Assembly (NCBI RefSeq): GCF_006345805.1
Contig: NC_042997.1
Location: 67,704,001 to 67,768,000, forward strand
DNA length: 64,000 bases
DNA from: Octopus sinensis
Taxonomy: Eukaryota
Direction of reading: 5' to 3'
Part shown: positions 53,236 to 64,000 of the stretch, one piece after another
Position numbering within the stretch: position 1 is the stretch's first letter
Layout: the number at the start of each line of letters is the position of its first letter
Translations under genes and position numbers: made by a program
Notes under the pieces: model-generated
Databases searched by the model: none
Seen by the model: the letters and a program-made list of their open reading frames with translations, nothing else
Told to the model about the DNA's origin: nothing

Positions 53236-53482
53236 GTCTATAACATTGATAAGTTGGAATTACATGTTTGTTTAATAAATATAGAATTACCCTTGAAACA
53301 ATGAAAGAAACATAACAAAAAAATGGTTCAATATATTTACTCAACTAAATATGTTTTCTGGGGTGTAAGTATTACTTTTCCTGGAATTTGAACTGTCCAT
53401 TGTGTCTCTGTTACATTCGTGATATAATTCACGCAACTGTTCTCTCTCTCTCTGTCTCTCTCCACACACACACACACACACA

Positions 53483-53522
<40 letters not shown>

Positions 53523-54288
53523 TGTGTGAGTGTATGTATGTAAGACTTTTACTAGGACGAAATGCTTTTAGACTTCTTGTTTGCAAATTATGCGGCTCCA
53601 TTTGTTAATTCTTTCCGAAAAGCACAAGAAGTTTTAAGCTGGTTTTCCTCATCAGCACAAGCGTTTGAACTAACAATAAACGTGAAAAAGACAGAAAATA
53701 TACCAGTCAAAACTAACACTACCCAATACATCATCAAACCAATTTCTTGTGGACAACAAACCTCTAAAGCAGTGTTTCTCAACCATTTTTCACCCTTTGA
53801 TTCCTATTTTACTTGTATGGGCCCTCATAGCCATTCTATGTTTAAAGTAGACTTCAGCGAGATTTGAACTCAGAACTTTAAGAACTAAAAGAAATGCCGC
53901 TAAGGACTGTCAGATTGGTGAGGATATTGCGGGATTTCGTGCGTCTTTACGTTCTGAATTTAAATTTCGCCGGCATTGATTTTGCCTTTCATCTTTTCGA
54001 GGTCGACGAAATAAATACCAGTTGAGTAGTCACTAGTCTTGGCTCCTATTTACAAGTTCATCATCTAAAGAAGTGCTGCAATTGATTTTACTTTCTACAA
54101 TCGACTAGTTCACTCCCGCAAAATTTCAGGCATTGTGTCTATAGTAGGAATGATTATTTAATAAATTTACTTGCTGTATGGATATATTTGCAAATGGCAC
54201 ACAATTTACTGTCCAATCTGTTGCATACTTGCGCATGTTCAAATTCACATTCTTACCTATTTGCAGTTTTGTGGAATTCGTTGATGTC

Positions 54289-54353
<65 letters not shown>

Positions 54354-55038
54354 ACACACACGCACACACATGTGGCAGATTGAGTGCGTCTGTCGCTCTT
54401 TGTATGTAAGTGTGTATGCATGGGTTTGCGCATGTGGGTAAGTGTGAGGCGTAGAGTGTATAAAATGTACGTGTGTACGTTTATGAAAGTAGATACATAT
54501 GGGTGTCCATGTGTGTATGTGGGTGAGCATGTGTGTAAGTAAATGCGTGCGTGTGTATTCGTACACTCATGTATGTACGCATTTGAGTGTGTGTGTGTAT
54601 GTGTCCGTGTTTACTAAGCATCCATAATTTAGTGGTTCCAGAAGTACAAGACTGAAATAAATAATGCGGTCGATATGATCGACTAACCCCATACATACGC
54701 CCTCGAAGTTTATCATTTAAAATATATATGAGCATGTTTAGATATGCAGCTATATGCATGAGAATACATACATAAAACATGCAAATCTGCACATACATAC
54801 ACACATACATAATACATACATACATACATAAATACCATCATACATACATACAAAGAAAACACCCTGTTGTTGGTGTTGAAATTCCAGTGAAGGAGCCTTG
54901 GATCTAGCTTAGAAACCGGCTCTTTCTCTATTGGCAAATCTTGAAATAAACTGAATGACATACATACATATATACATACATACATACATACATACATACA
55001 TACATACATACATACATACATACATACATACATACATA

Positions 55039-55414
55039 AGGAAAAGATATGTTCTGCTGTGGAAATCAGCTGCCTTCTGGACACCAATGTGCTTAGAAAA
55101 ATACAAAAGAAACAGGAAATCTATGGACCATTGATAAAGGGTTTGCAAATCCAGTATCCAAGATACACGTTCAGCTTCAAACCTATTATCAGGATACATA
55201 CGAACCCATCTGGAGCAAAATGTGGCTGAATTTTGGTTCTTGGGGAGAGAACGCATACACTACAAATGATTACAATATCTGGACTATAAAAATCTATAAG
55301 ACCTTCTTAAGGTTTAAACGTTGTTAAGGAAACAAAATGTTTTCCTTTATAATCTTGCTACCAAGCAGATGGCTGGTCAAAATTTATTCTAAATTAACAA
55401 GAAAGAGAATATAC
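55039..55414 (+). mobile_element. 5'-truncated non-LTR retrotransposon with restriction-like endonuclease C-terminus (R4/NeSL-like), inside (TACA)n
   Basis: KICSAVEISCLLDTNVLRKIQKKQEIYGPLIKGLQIQYPRYTFSFKPII resembles the E.SCP.D.N...K...K..Y..L REL region; (TACA)n on both sides. Confidence 0.6.
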
Positions 55415-56849
55415 CATACATACATACATACATACATACATACAATTACAGGCATTCATCGAAAAATATCCGCGAAATACTTATTTATAGAAGAAACATA
55501 GAAATACATTTTAACTTAACATCGACTATTTATTTTAATGATAAGAACAAATTAATTTTTAGATGAAATATAATTATTATTTTATTTTCATGTTATCTGA
55601 AGTGTTTATTTTAATTAGAAAATTAATATCAATACAAATAAATTCAAATTTTATCTCGACTAATGTTTTTCATTAACTTATAATTTCACAGTGATAAGAA
55701 ACAAATTATATTTTAAATTAAATACATTTATAATAAATTTGTGTGTATGTGCGTGCGCGTGCGTGTGTGTCTTTGTTGCGTATAGCATCTAACGCAGTAA
55801 ACGTCTGACTTGTAACTTCTTTCATGGTTATTTCAATAATGATTATTTCTAACATAGGCACATAATCACAACGTATACGGACCAAGTATAGTCAATTACA
55901 TCCAAACAATAATTTCACTGGTACTTTTGTAATCGAGCTATAAAGGATTAAAGGAAAACATGACCATGGTGGAATTTGATCGCAGAAGCTAAAGGGACGG
56001 AACTAAGTTCCATAGTCTATTATATTCTCCATTCTACAAATTCATAGATAAAACATATATTTACCGTCCTCGTAGTAATCAATTCTAACACAAGCAGAAC
56101 AATCAATGGACATTAGTACTTAAATGGTACTAATGGAATTAGGACTTAAACAGCCGACCTCAGTTAATTACTAGCATGTCTTTCTGAAGAACACTAACGA
56201 TTTCGTGGGTTGAGTGTTTATATCATATGGCTATCGCAGATAACTTACTCAATCCTACGTGAAATTATATATGTACATCTATATGTTTGCATATATGTAT
56301 ACAGACACATACATATATACATACTTAGACATATACATATATATCGAAGCTAATAATACGCTAAGGCCATTTGTGGAATGTAGACCCTCCTTCACACTGC
56401 TCAATAAACCTTTTGTTAAAAAAAGTTATCAGTACTAAATACAAATAATTTAAGTACAGGTTACCGGCCATACACATGAAGTGTGCATGTATTTATAATT
56501 ATCAAAATAGAATAAAAGAACTAGAACGGTTTATTAAAAAATGGTAATAATAAGTAATTTTATTTAAAATCAATATGAGACAGAGAATAGCAAGAAGAGA
56601 AAAATAAGAAGAGCCAAATGCGTTGTGAAATTTCAGCTTAGAAATGTTCATGACTTTTTCACATTTGAATACTTCCCATGTTTTTCTCGTGACAAGTTCA
56701 TCAATTAGTCCACTAAAATCATGCAGCTTTGCTTAGTTCTAAATTACCAATTCGTTCAAACATTCTTGCAGCACTGTTGATCAAACACACACACACACAC
56801 ACACACCACACACACACACACACGTGTATGTATGTATAAATGACTTAAT

Positions 56850-57801
56850 TCCGTCGAGGATACTGACGTTTCCGACATTAGAAGCCAGTTTGCTGCTGAT
56901 ACAAATATTTGGGAAAACATTTGCCCCAGCCCAATATTTGACTATCAATGTTTTCGGTTTGAAATTCTCATAAAAAAATATTCTAAATACTACTTCACTG
57001 TGAATGTCAATTGAAATTTGACTTGAGTATCGTACTTGAAACTTATTCATTTTTGGTCCCAATTCATTCCCATCTAACTACATAAACTACCACAAAAAGT
57101 GAAAAACTGTACAAATGTCATTGACTGCGGGAAAGCGATATGAAAGACTGTTGATAACGAAGTGAATTATGTTGAAGAACACTTTTACCTGAAGCAATTT
57201 TCAATATCCTTTTGAATTGGGTACCACCTGCGTATGGCAAATTATCTGAAACAGGAATTCTTATTGAAACATACTGCGCTTTTTCAAATATAACATTAAA
57301 TCTGTTTCATGACATATTCCCATAGTCGATTGATGATGTCAATTATCACATCTAAAGTAATATCACGAGAGTCTGTTATCATTTTAACATTATAGATTAA
57401 CGTAAGAACTTTAATCCAGATAGCTAATATCAGTATACATTCAAATGTACCCAATTTTTTTTATAATTGGATAATTCCTTCTGACACTATGCAGTCAATT
57501 GGGTAACTTAATTCAGCTTTATTATATTACATTTGTCACATCCAAAATGACATGCGATTGGTCTTACACTTAATTTTCGGTGATCATCTTGTCTTTAACA
57601 ATATGATCTCCAGAAACATTATCTTCAATTTCTGAGGACTTGAACAAAAATACTGAGTATTTTTCTCTATAATCCCACAGACTGTTACAGCTTTTTTTAC
57701 TGATTTCAGCACAATTCATACCGACAAGAAATTCAGATTATGATTTTCGTAAATGGAAAAAAAAATGTAGTTCTCATTCTTCTTCAAAATAGCCTGGTCA
57801 C

Positions 57802-57810
<9 letters not shown>
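56850..57810 (-). pseudogene. possible very decayed hAT-like transposase C-terminal half
   Basis: FECILILAIWIKVL and IINSLSYRFPAVNDICTVFHFLW resemble hAT/ZMYM1-like sequences; many stops. Confidence 0.4.
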
Positions 57811-57860
<50 letters not shown>

Positions 57861-57964
57861 CTAACTGAATCACCGCTCTCCGGGCGGCTTGTAAATATCT
57901 AAACTCCTGTTCGTAGTTTGAAAGTAAAAAGTAAAACTTATAATTTTCTTAAAGAATTTCTTTA

Positions 57965-59794
57965 TAGACAACGTTGTCAGTGTGGATTCCTTTTATACCC
58001 TTATACCCTGAGTTCAAAACCAATATATGCACATTGTTCCTAGAACCAAACAGGGCCCCCCGCTATCTCAGTCCGCTTCGGGTTGGTTGTCATAGTGAGG
58101 AAGTAGTATGGTTTTCCAAACTCTCTCACCAGAGCCATTACAGCTTGGAAGCACTCTCTGTAAAACCGAGAAGCAGTATGTGATGGCGGAAGAATGATTT
58201 TAGACTCTACGTCATTCATGTCACCATTTGCAATAGCATCCAGAAGGCCTTGATACTTTTCAGCCTTAAGCTGTTTCTGATGAGTTCTCAGGGAGTGGAA
58301 TCGATCTTACTCTATCTTTGTATATTGATCTACTGCATACTGTTGTATCAGACGTCTACTTTTTATTATGCCATTGAACTCGTCCTTTCTTATCTGAAGC
58401 CGATAAGAATAAAAGTCACATTCAGTGATGTTTTTGCTTCGGTCATTGTCTTTCAAGAGCACATTCCAGCCATCTGGCCCTTAGGGAAACAGGAGTGCAT
58501 AATAAAGAAAGTCATAGCTTCTGTGGATTTCACTAATGTAGTCTAACTTCCCATTGCTCTCTCTGTATTGCACAACAACATCCGCAGGTTTGATGTTTGG
58601 ATTATTGGTCTCATCTCCCACCATGATCACAGCAACTTCTGATGCAGTCGGTGGATTATAGGTTCTCTCATGTGACCCAGCAAGAATAAGCCGTTTGTCA
58701 TGACTTGTAATAATATCACCGGTAGAATATTTTCCTTGTGCAGAGTATTCCTTAATTATATCAATAGCCTGTTTAAAACTTTTGACATATGGATTGTGCA
58801 TATGCAGTGCTCTCTGCACGTATAGCGGGTTATTCTCATTAAGGTCATTGTCAGTTCCTTTGAATGGCAACCTGTTTCTCATCTCATTTTCAGTGTCAAC
58901 GAAATATAACTGTGCGTAGACTGGCTTCCTATTTACTGCTGGTAGGAGACTTCCTATGCGGTGATACAACTTTTCTTGAATCTTGAAAGTAGGCATAAAA
59001 GTGCTACCACCCTGTGGTCCAACTGGTGGATTATTCAGTCGAAGAGAAGCTAGCCAGTAAATTATTGTAGTCACGAATTTTGTTCAGAAACATTTGACCG
59101 CACAGATTAACATCATAGTACTTAGCTACTAATTCTAGGGCCTTTTTTTTATCTGTGGAATTTTGTCATTGTTACTTTTACCTTTGCCACAGCAGAGGGT
59201 GGTTTTATCAGTACCTCAAAGGTAAGCATTGCAGTCAGGGCATATTCTGTTAAAAATGTTTCCACAGTAGTGCAACATAAGGCTTGGGTTTCGTTCTTTC
59301 TCATGAAAATCTGCTGCATCAACTTCTATAACCATTCTCTCAGTGTCAGTTCTTTGCTGACGAAGTCTCGATTAGTATCATGTCTGGCTGTTTGCTTGTC
59401 GCTGCTGAATTTGTGGCAGCAACGTGTTTTCCTTAGAGTCCTGTTTCCTCAGTCAATCAGTATTTGTCTACGCTTCTGTTTCTTGTGGTGCTTCCATTGC
59501 ACGGCTTTTCTGTGTTCTATTCCGATTCTCATTCCTGTGCTTCTGAATCTTCTGGTCTTTCTATTGCACGGGTTTCCTGTCTCCTCAGCTGATCTGCATT
59601 TCTCCGTGCCTCTGTTTCTTCTGGTGTTTCCATTGCACGGGTTTCTTGAATTCGCCTTCGCTTTATTTCGTGACACCGGGGAAAGCTACGTCCTTGTCTG
59701 TTTTCTTCAATTAGCATCTGTTGTCTTTACTCAGCAATCTTTTGTGAACGGGAATTTTTCGGGACAGGTTGTTGCCCTTTCTTTTTCTGGGCAT
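57965..59794 (-). pseudogene. Helitron RepHel N-terminal/Rep pseudogene
   Basis: MPRKRK...; FKIQEKLYHRIGSLLP...QLYFVDT...NPYVKSFK...YNPPTASEVAVIMVG...YALLFP*GPDGW...QQYAVDQY...ILPPSHT...VREFGKPYYFLTMTTNPK. Confidence 0.9.
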
Positions 59795-59933
59795 AGTGTA
59801 CTGTTGAAAGCGTGAATATTTATGACAATTATACAGTGAAAGTTTTGAGACGATTCAGCTAGTATTTGAGCTAATTACTCTGAACGGGAAATTTTCACGG
59901 TATTAATTGTAAATATTTACCTTGGTTATTTAT

Positions 59934-60352
59934 TTACAATTACACGACTCTCGTTAAACACTATTTTAAAGTGCAATTATTATGTTGTTGAATTGCTCTA
60001 AACGAATTTGACCATAAAAATGTCGGAAATTTAGTATTTTTTAAGGCAATAATAAAATTAGTCGAACCTATTTTCATGCAGTCGAATGCGTAAAGTTTCC
60101 GAAATTTTCATACTTCTTACGTCTGCTATTTCAGAATTCTACGCATGCGTGAAATATCAGACGACAGTACATTCAATAACATTCATACACGCAGCGAAGT
60201 AAACAGACATAAGAATAGACCTGGCAAATTTTATTGATATCTTACAAAATACTAAATTTCCTGCATTTTTATGGTCAAATTCGTTTAGAGCAAGTCAATA
60301 ACATAAAAATCGCATTTTAAGATACTGTTTAGCGAGTATGGTGTAATTGTAA
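59934..60352. repeat. imperfect inverted repeat, 112-bp arms, 195-bp spacer, upstream of Helitron ATG
   Basis: 59934-60045 vs 60241-60352, sharing gctctaaacgaatttgaccataaaaatg. Confidence 0.85.
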
Positions 60353-60453
60353 TTTTTATCGAAGACTGACAGTATTTTTTTTCAAAATGGCACCGATAGA
60401 AATATTGGAAAGAACGCAACCGGTTAAGAAAGAATGAAGAGAAGTAGGAAATA

Positions 60454-60454
<1 letters not shown>

Positions 60455-60548
<94 letters not shown>

Positions 60549-60551
60549 AAG

Positions 60552-60582
<31 letters not shown>

Positions 60583-60583
60583 G
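60455..60583. repeat. (GA)n microsatellite inside Helitron
   Basis: GA run with GAAA interruptions. Confidence 0.95.
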
Positions 60584-61033
60584 TTATGAGAAGTAACATT
60601 GTATGAGAGAGTGAGTTCAATACGTAATATATATGTGAGAGGGAAACATCAAATTAACTCTCAAGGAGACATGGAAAAGTGCGCAACCGGTTAAGAGAGA
60701 GTGGGTTATGAGAGGTATCATTCTCTGCAATTCTGTAAATTACCACTCCTCACACTACAGCTCCCAATAAGAGAAAGAGGTAATAAGCATGAGGAATAGT
60801 AGGAGAGTCACTGAATAGTGAGAGAGGGGTAATTCGTTTTGTTGGATTTTACCAGTCTGGAACCGAACCGGTTAATTTTCGTGAATCCCATGTAGATGTT
60901 GACACTCTTCCGGTACCCACTCTCCAGTGATTGCGGAGGAGTTTGCTGACAAAATTTTGACACAGACACACATAGAGACGTAAATAGCGCAATTATAATA
61001 CATACATACATACACACACATATACATACATAC

Positions 61034-61064
<31 letters not shown>

Positions 61065-61633
61065 TGTATGTATGTGTATGTATGTATGTATGTATGTATG
61101 TATGTACGTACGTACGTACGTACGTACGTATGTATGTATGTATGTATGTATGTATGTATGTATGTATGTATGTATGTATGTATGTATGTATGCATGCATG
61201 CATGTATCTATCTATCTATCTATCCATCTATCTATCTATCTATCTATATAATATATATCAGAGCCATATTAGAGTCATTATCGTATGCTTGGCCCGCACA
61301 ATCTTTAAAGTTTATATTGGTTTATTGTTATGGGGATAATCTTAATAATAGAATACTCCACCCACGTAAGGAGTGGTATGTGGTAGTCATTATAAATACT
61401 GTCAGTCATTGTCAGTATAAGTAGAGAGTACGGGAGTAAACGGTCATAGATAGTCGTGGTCTTACTTGTCTAACTAACTATACCGCTATACCGGAGTGGG
61501 CGTCATAACAGTCCGACAGAAGATTGCAACAGTGGCGACGAAGAATTAACAAACTCACAAATTCTACGGTATATCGAATCGTAAAATCATGGAAAAATAG
61601 CTCGAGTTGCAAAAACAGCAACAACAGCAGCTG

Positions 61634-62121
61634 CGGAGGTGCAATGGCCCAGTAGTTAGGGCAGCGGACTCGTGGTCGTAAGAACGCAGTTTCGATTTCC
61701 AGACCGGGCATTGTGAGTGTTTATTGAGCAAAAACACCTAACTCCACGAGGCTCCGGCGGGTGGTGGTGGTGAACCCTGCTGTACTCTTTCCCCACAACT
61801 TTCTCTCACTCTTTCTTCCTACTTCTGCCACAAAGCAGAGGAACCATGGTGCAACCCACTATTGTGTGGTAAACATTCAGACCCTAGTCTAGATTGCGAA
61901 TCCTCTGTACCCCAGAATGGTTCAGCTCTCCACCCGTTAAAAAGCCACCGTTTACGGAATGAGGATAACAACGTAGCTTTCACGCCCGTGCAACCGCCAG
62001 TCTATCGCGTGTGGTGGGTGGATCTTCAAGTTGCCACACGCATTCTTAGTAGCTTAGAGTAGGCTCGAATTAGATATTATTCTTTGTGGCTAATGGCGTG
62101 AGTCCTGATTGGAAGAAGAAG
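61634..62121 (+). mobile_element. full-length tRNA-derived SINE (488 bp) inserted in gag, 13-bp TSD
   Basis: TSD ACAACAGCAGCTG at 61621-61633 and 62122-62134; tRNA-like head; GAAGAAGAAG tail; removal rejoins gag in frame. Confidence 0.8.
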
Positions 62122-62962
62122 ACAACAGCAGCTGAAAGAACAACAAGAGCAGCTGCTACAACTGCAAGAAAAACAGCAAGTAAGAACAAGAATTCTCGCT
62201 AAGCTGGAACAAAACCAAGCTGTAACCTTACAACAAGTGTCAGAAGAGTGTGAAATAATAGTAAATTTTAGATACGACACAAAAAAATTGACCATAAATA
62301 TTGCTTCCAAGTGAAGTAAGTGCGAAACAGGCAAAATAGAAATCAAGTGTGTACTAAAATACAGTACAAACAGGACAAAAATTAGGAAACAAACTCATAT
62401 TTTGCATGCGGAGGTTTACACTTGAGAAAAACTGCCTATTTAAGAAAGCGGAATGTTTCCGTTGTGGAAAAATTGGATACATAAAAGCACACTGTAAAAC
62501 CAAGATGACAAAACGTTGGAACAAATAAACAAAATGTCGTCGAAAGAAAATGGTAATATAACAAAGAGGAAATTTGTAAATGTGAAAATTAAAATTATAA
62601 GAATAAAAATGTAGTTAGACACAAGAAGTGATATTACCATTGTAAATGAAGTATATAGGTAAGCCGAAATTAAGTAGATCTACAAAAGTAGCGCACGGTG
62701 TTATGGGTAAAATATTTATTTCGTAGGTGAATTTGTGTGTAATGTGACATTTCGTGACCGAATGAAAACGGCAAAAATATGTGTTAAAGAATTAAGTTAA
62801 TCTATTCGACACAGAGTGGATGGAATTGTTCAAATTGTGGAATACGCCCAAAAGTATTTTGTGTGGGAATATAGTCGGTTCAGTCGAAGGTTCAAATTCG
62901 GCTGAAGGATTGAAACAAAAAATAAAACATTTATTCCCAGAAGTTTTCTCGGAGCAACTGGG

Positions 62963-64000
62963 GTGCTGCACAGTGCAACACCTGTATTTAAGCGAAAACG
63001 GAATGTACTATTAGCAGCAATAGAACAGGTAAATAAGGAACTTAGAAAACTTGAAAACCTAGAAATAATCGAGAAGCCGGATCACTCAAACTGGGCAGCA
63101 CCTACGGTCTACGTTAAAAAGAAAAATAAGTTAAGAGTTTGGGCAGATTTTTCAACTGGGCTGAATTGTTGCTTAATCTCACATTTCTACCTATTGCCGC
63201 ACCCTGAAGAAGTGTTTGCAAAACTGAATGGAGGGAAATTCTTCTCAAAATTAGACCTCTCGGAGGCATATTTACAAATCCAAGTAGAAGAAGAATGCTC
63301 ACACTTATTAACCATTAATATACACCGTGGATTATTTAAATCTAAGCTGCTTCCCTTTCGTGTAAAAGTGACCCCTTCCATATTTCAACAAATAATGGAT
63401 ATGTAACAGGATGAGAGGTCCCAGCATTGGAAGGGTGCAGCTCGCATCCTTTACATTAAATATTAATCGAAGGAAAGAGTCAAGACTTCCGATTAACTTC
63501 AACAGTATAAATATTCATTTCTTGATTCGCAATATATATATTCTTCTTTCTGGGCGAATCGGCAGCCTAGGAGCTTATCGCAGTAGTCAAGTGGAGTGAG
63601 CCAAATCCTGTCCGTTCAAGCATAGCGGAGATACGCCACAAGGTATCAGCTTGAAAGAGCTGCTAAAACACGACTGTCCTGTTCAGCTGCTGGCGTTCGA
63701 GAGAACGATACGAGAGAAATTTCGCTGCTGCTAGTTTTCTGCGCATGCACATGAGGGAACTTCCGGCAGGCCTCCCGGAAGAAACCAACTCTGCGCATGC
63801 GTGCTGGGGATTTCCAAGATGGCGTCACTACAGATAGAATGCTGTGTGACTGTGATTTTGCGATCGCCTATTTAGACGATATTCTAATAAAAAGCAAATC
63901 ACATGAACAACATGTAGAACGTGTTAAAAGGGTATTCGAAAAGATTAGAGAATACGGTTTCAAGTTAACGGAAGAAAAATGCGAGTTCTTTATGAAAGAA
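62963..64000 (+). pseudogene. Gypsy reverse transcriptase interrupted by solo LTR
   Basis: WAAPTVYVKK...DFSTGLN...FSKLDLSEAYLQI...PSIFQQIMD|RMLCDCDFAIAYLDDILI...KCEF; removing 63402-63836 restores the frame. Confidence 0.92.
63402..63832. mobile_element. solo LTR (431 bp) of a second LTR family
   Basis: TGTA...TACA termini; 4-bp TSD GATA at 63398-63401 and 63833-63836. Confidence 0.9.

Larger units (their letters stand above)
57861..61000 (-). mobile_element. internally deleted Helitron (Rep N-terminal part, no helicase); 5' end approximate
   Basis: 3' end on - strand: GCCGC-ccggaga-GCGGT hairpin then CAGTTAG|T (CTAG variant) at 57861; RepHel remnants; microsatellite-rich 5' region. Confidence 0.8.
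61326..64000 (+). mobile_element. Ty3/Gypsy LTR retrotransposon (K02A2.6-like), decayed, runs off window
   Basis: putative 5' LTR TGTTA...AACA 61326-61531 with TATAAATA; PBS-like TGGCGACGAAG 61533-61543; Q-rich gag from 61589; protease LDTRSD near 62615; RT motifs. Confidence 0.85.

Noticed and set aside
54886-54925. Hammerhead-like GTGAAGGA...AGAAACCGGCTC
   Set aside because: Core deviates at several invariant positions and stem I does not pair.
62077-62346. Metallothionein-like CCFSCSCSSCSCC ORF on - strand
   Set aside because: Antisense of the Q-rich Gypsy gag and SINE tail.

Overview
Eukaryotic, AT-rich, repeat-saturated animal DNA. The tRNA-headed SINE families and microsatellite density resemble an octopus (coleoid cephalopod) genome; this is inference, not verified. 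One host gene is supported: the last four coding exons of PNKP (polynucleotide kinase 3'-phosphatase, kinase domain) on the + strand at 16409-16518, 21874-21961, 28063-28121 and 28998-29139. All introns are GT-AG with consistent phases. I could not find the earlier exons in 1-16408. The rest is transposon-derived: three SINE families, RTE/CR1/R4-like LINE fragments, Penelope-like remnants, Tc1/mariner and hAT elements and MITEs, an internally deleted Helitron, and a Gypsy element carrying a nested SINE and a nested solo LTR. Almost all ORFs in the supplied track are microsatellite or antisense artefacts. The most notable signals are: (i) fold-back palindromes next to (TA)n whose arms contain minimal type I hammerhead-ribozyme folds (75-239, 50872-51258, decayed at 51312-51521); (ii) a CpG-decay boundary near the PNKP 3' end, visible in paired SINE copies; (iii) inverted SINE pairs around PNKP exons; (iv) a solo LTR carrying clustered YY1/NRF1/ETS-type motifs.
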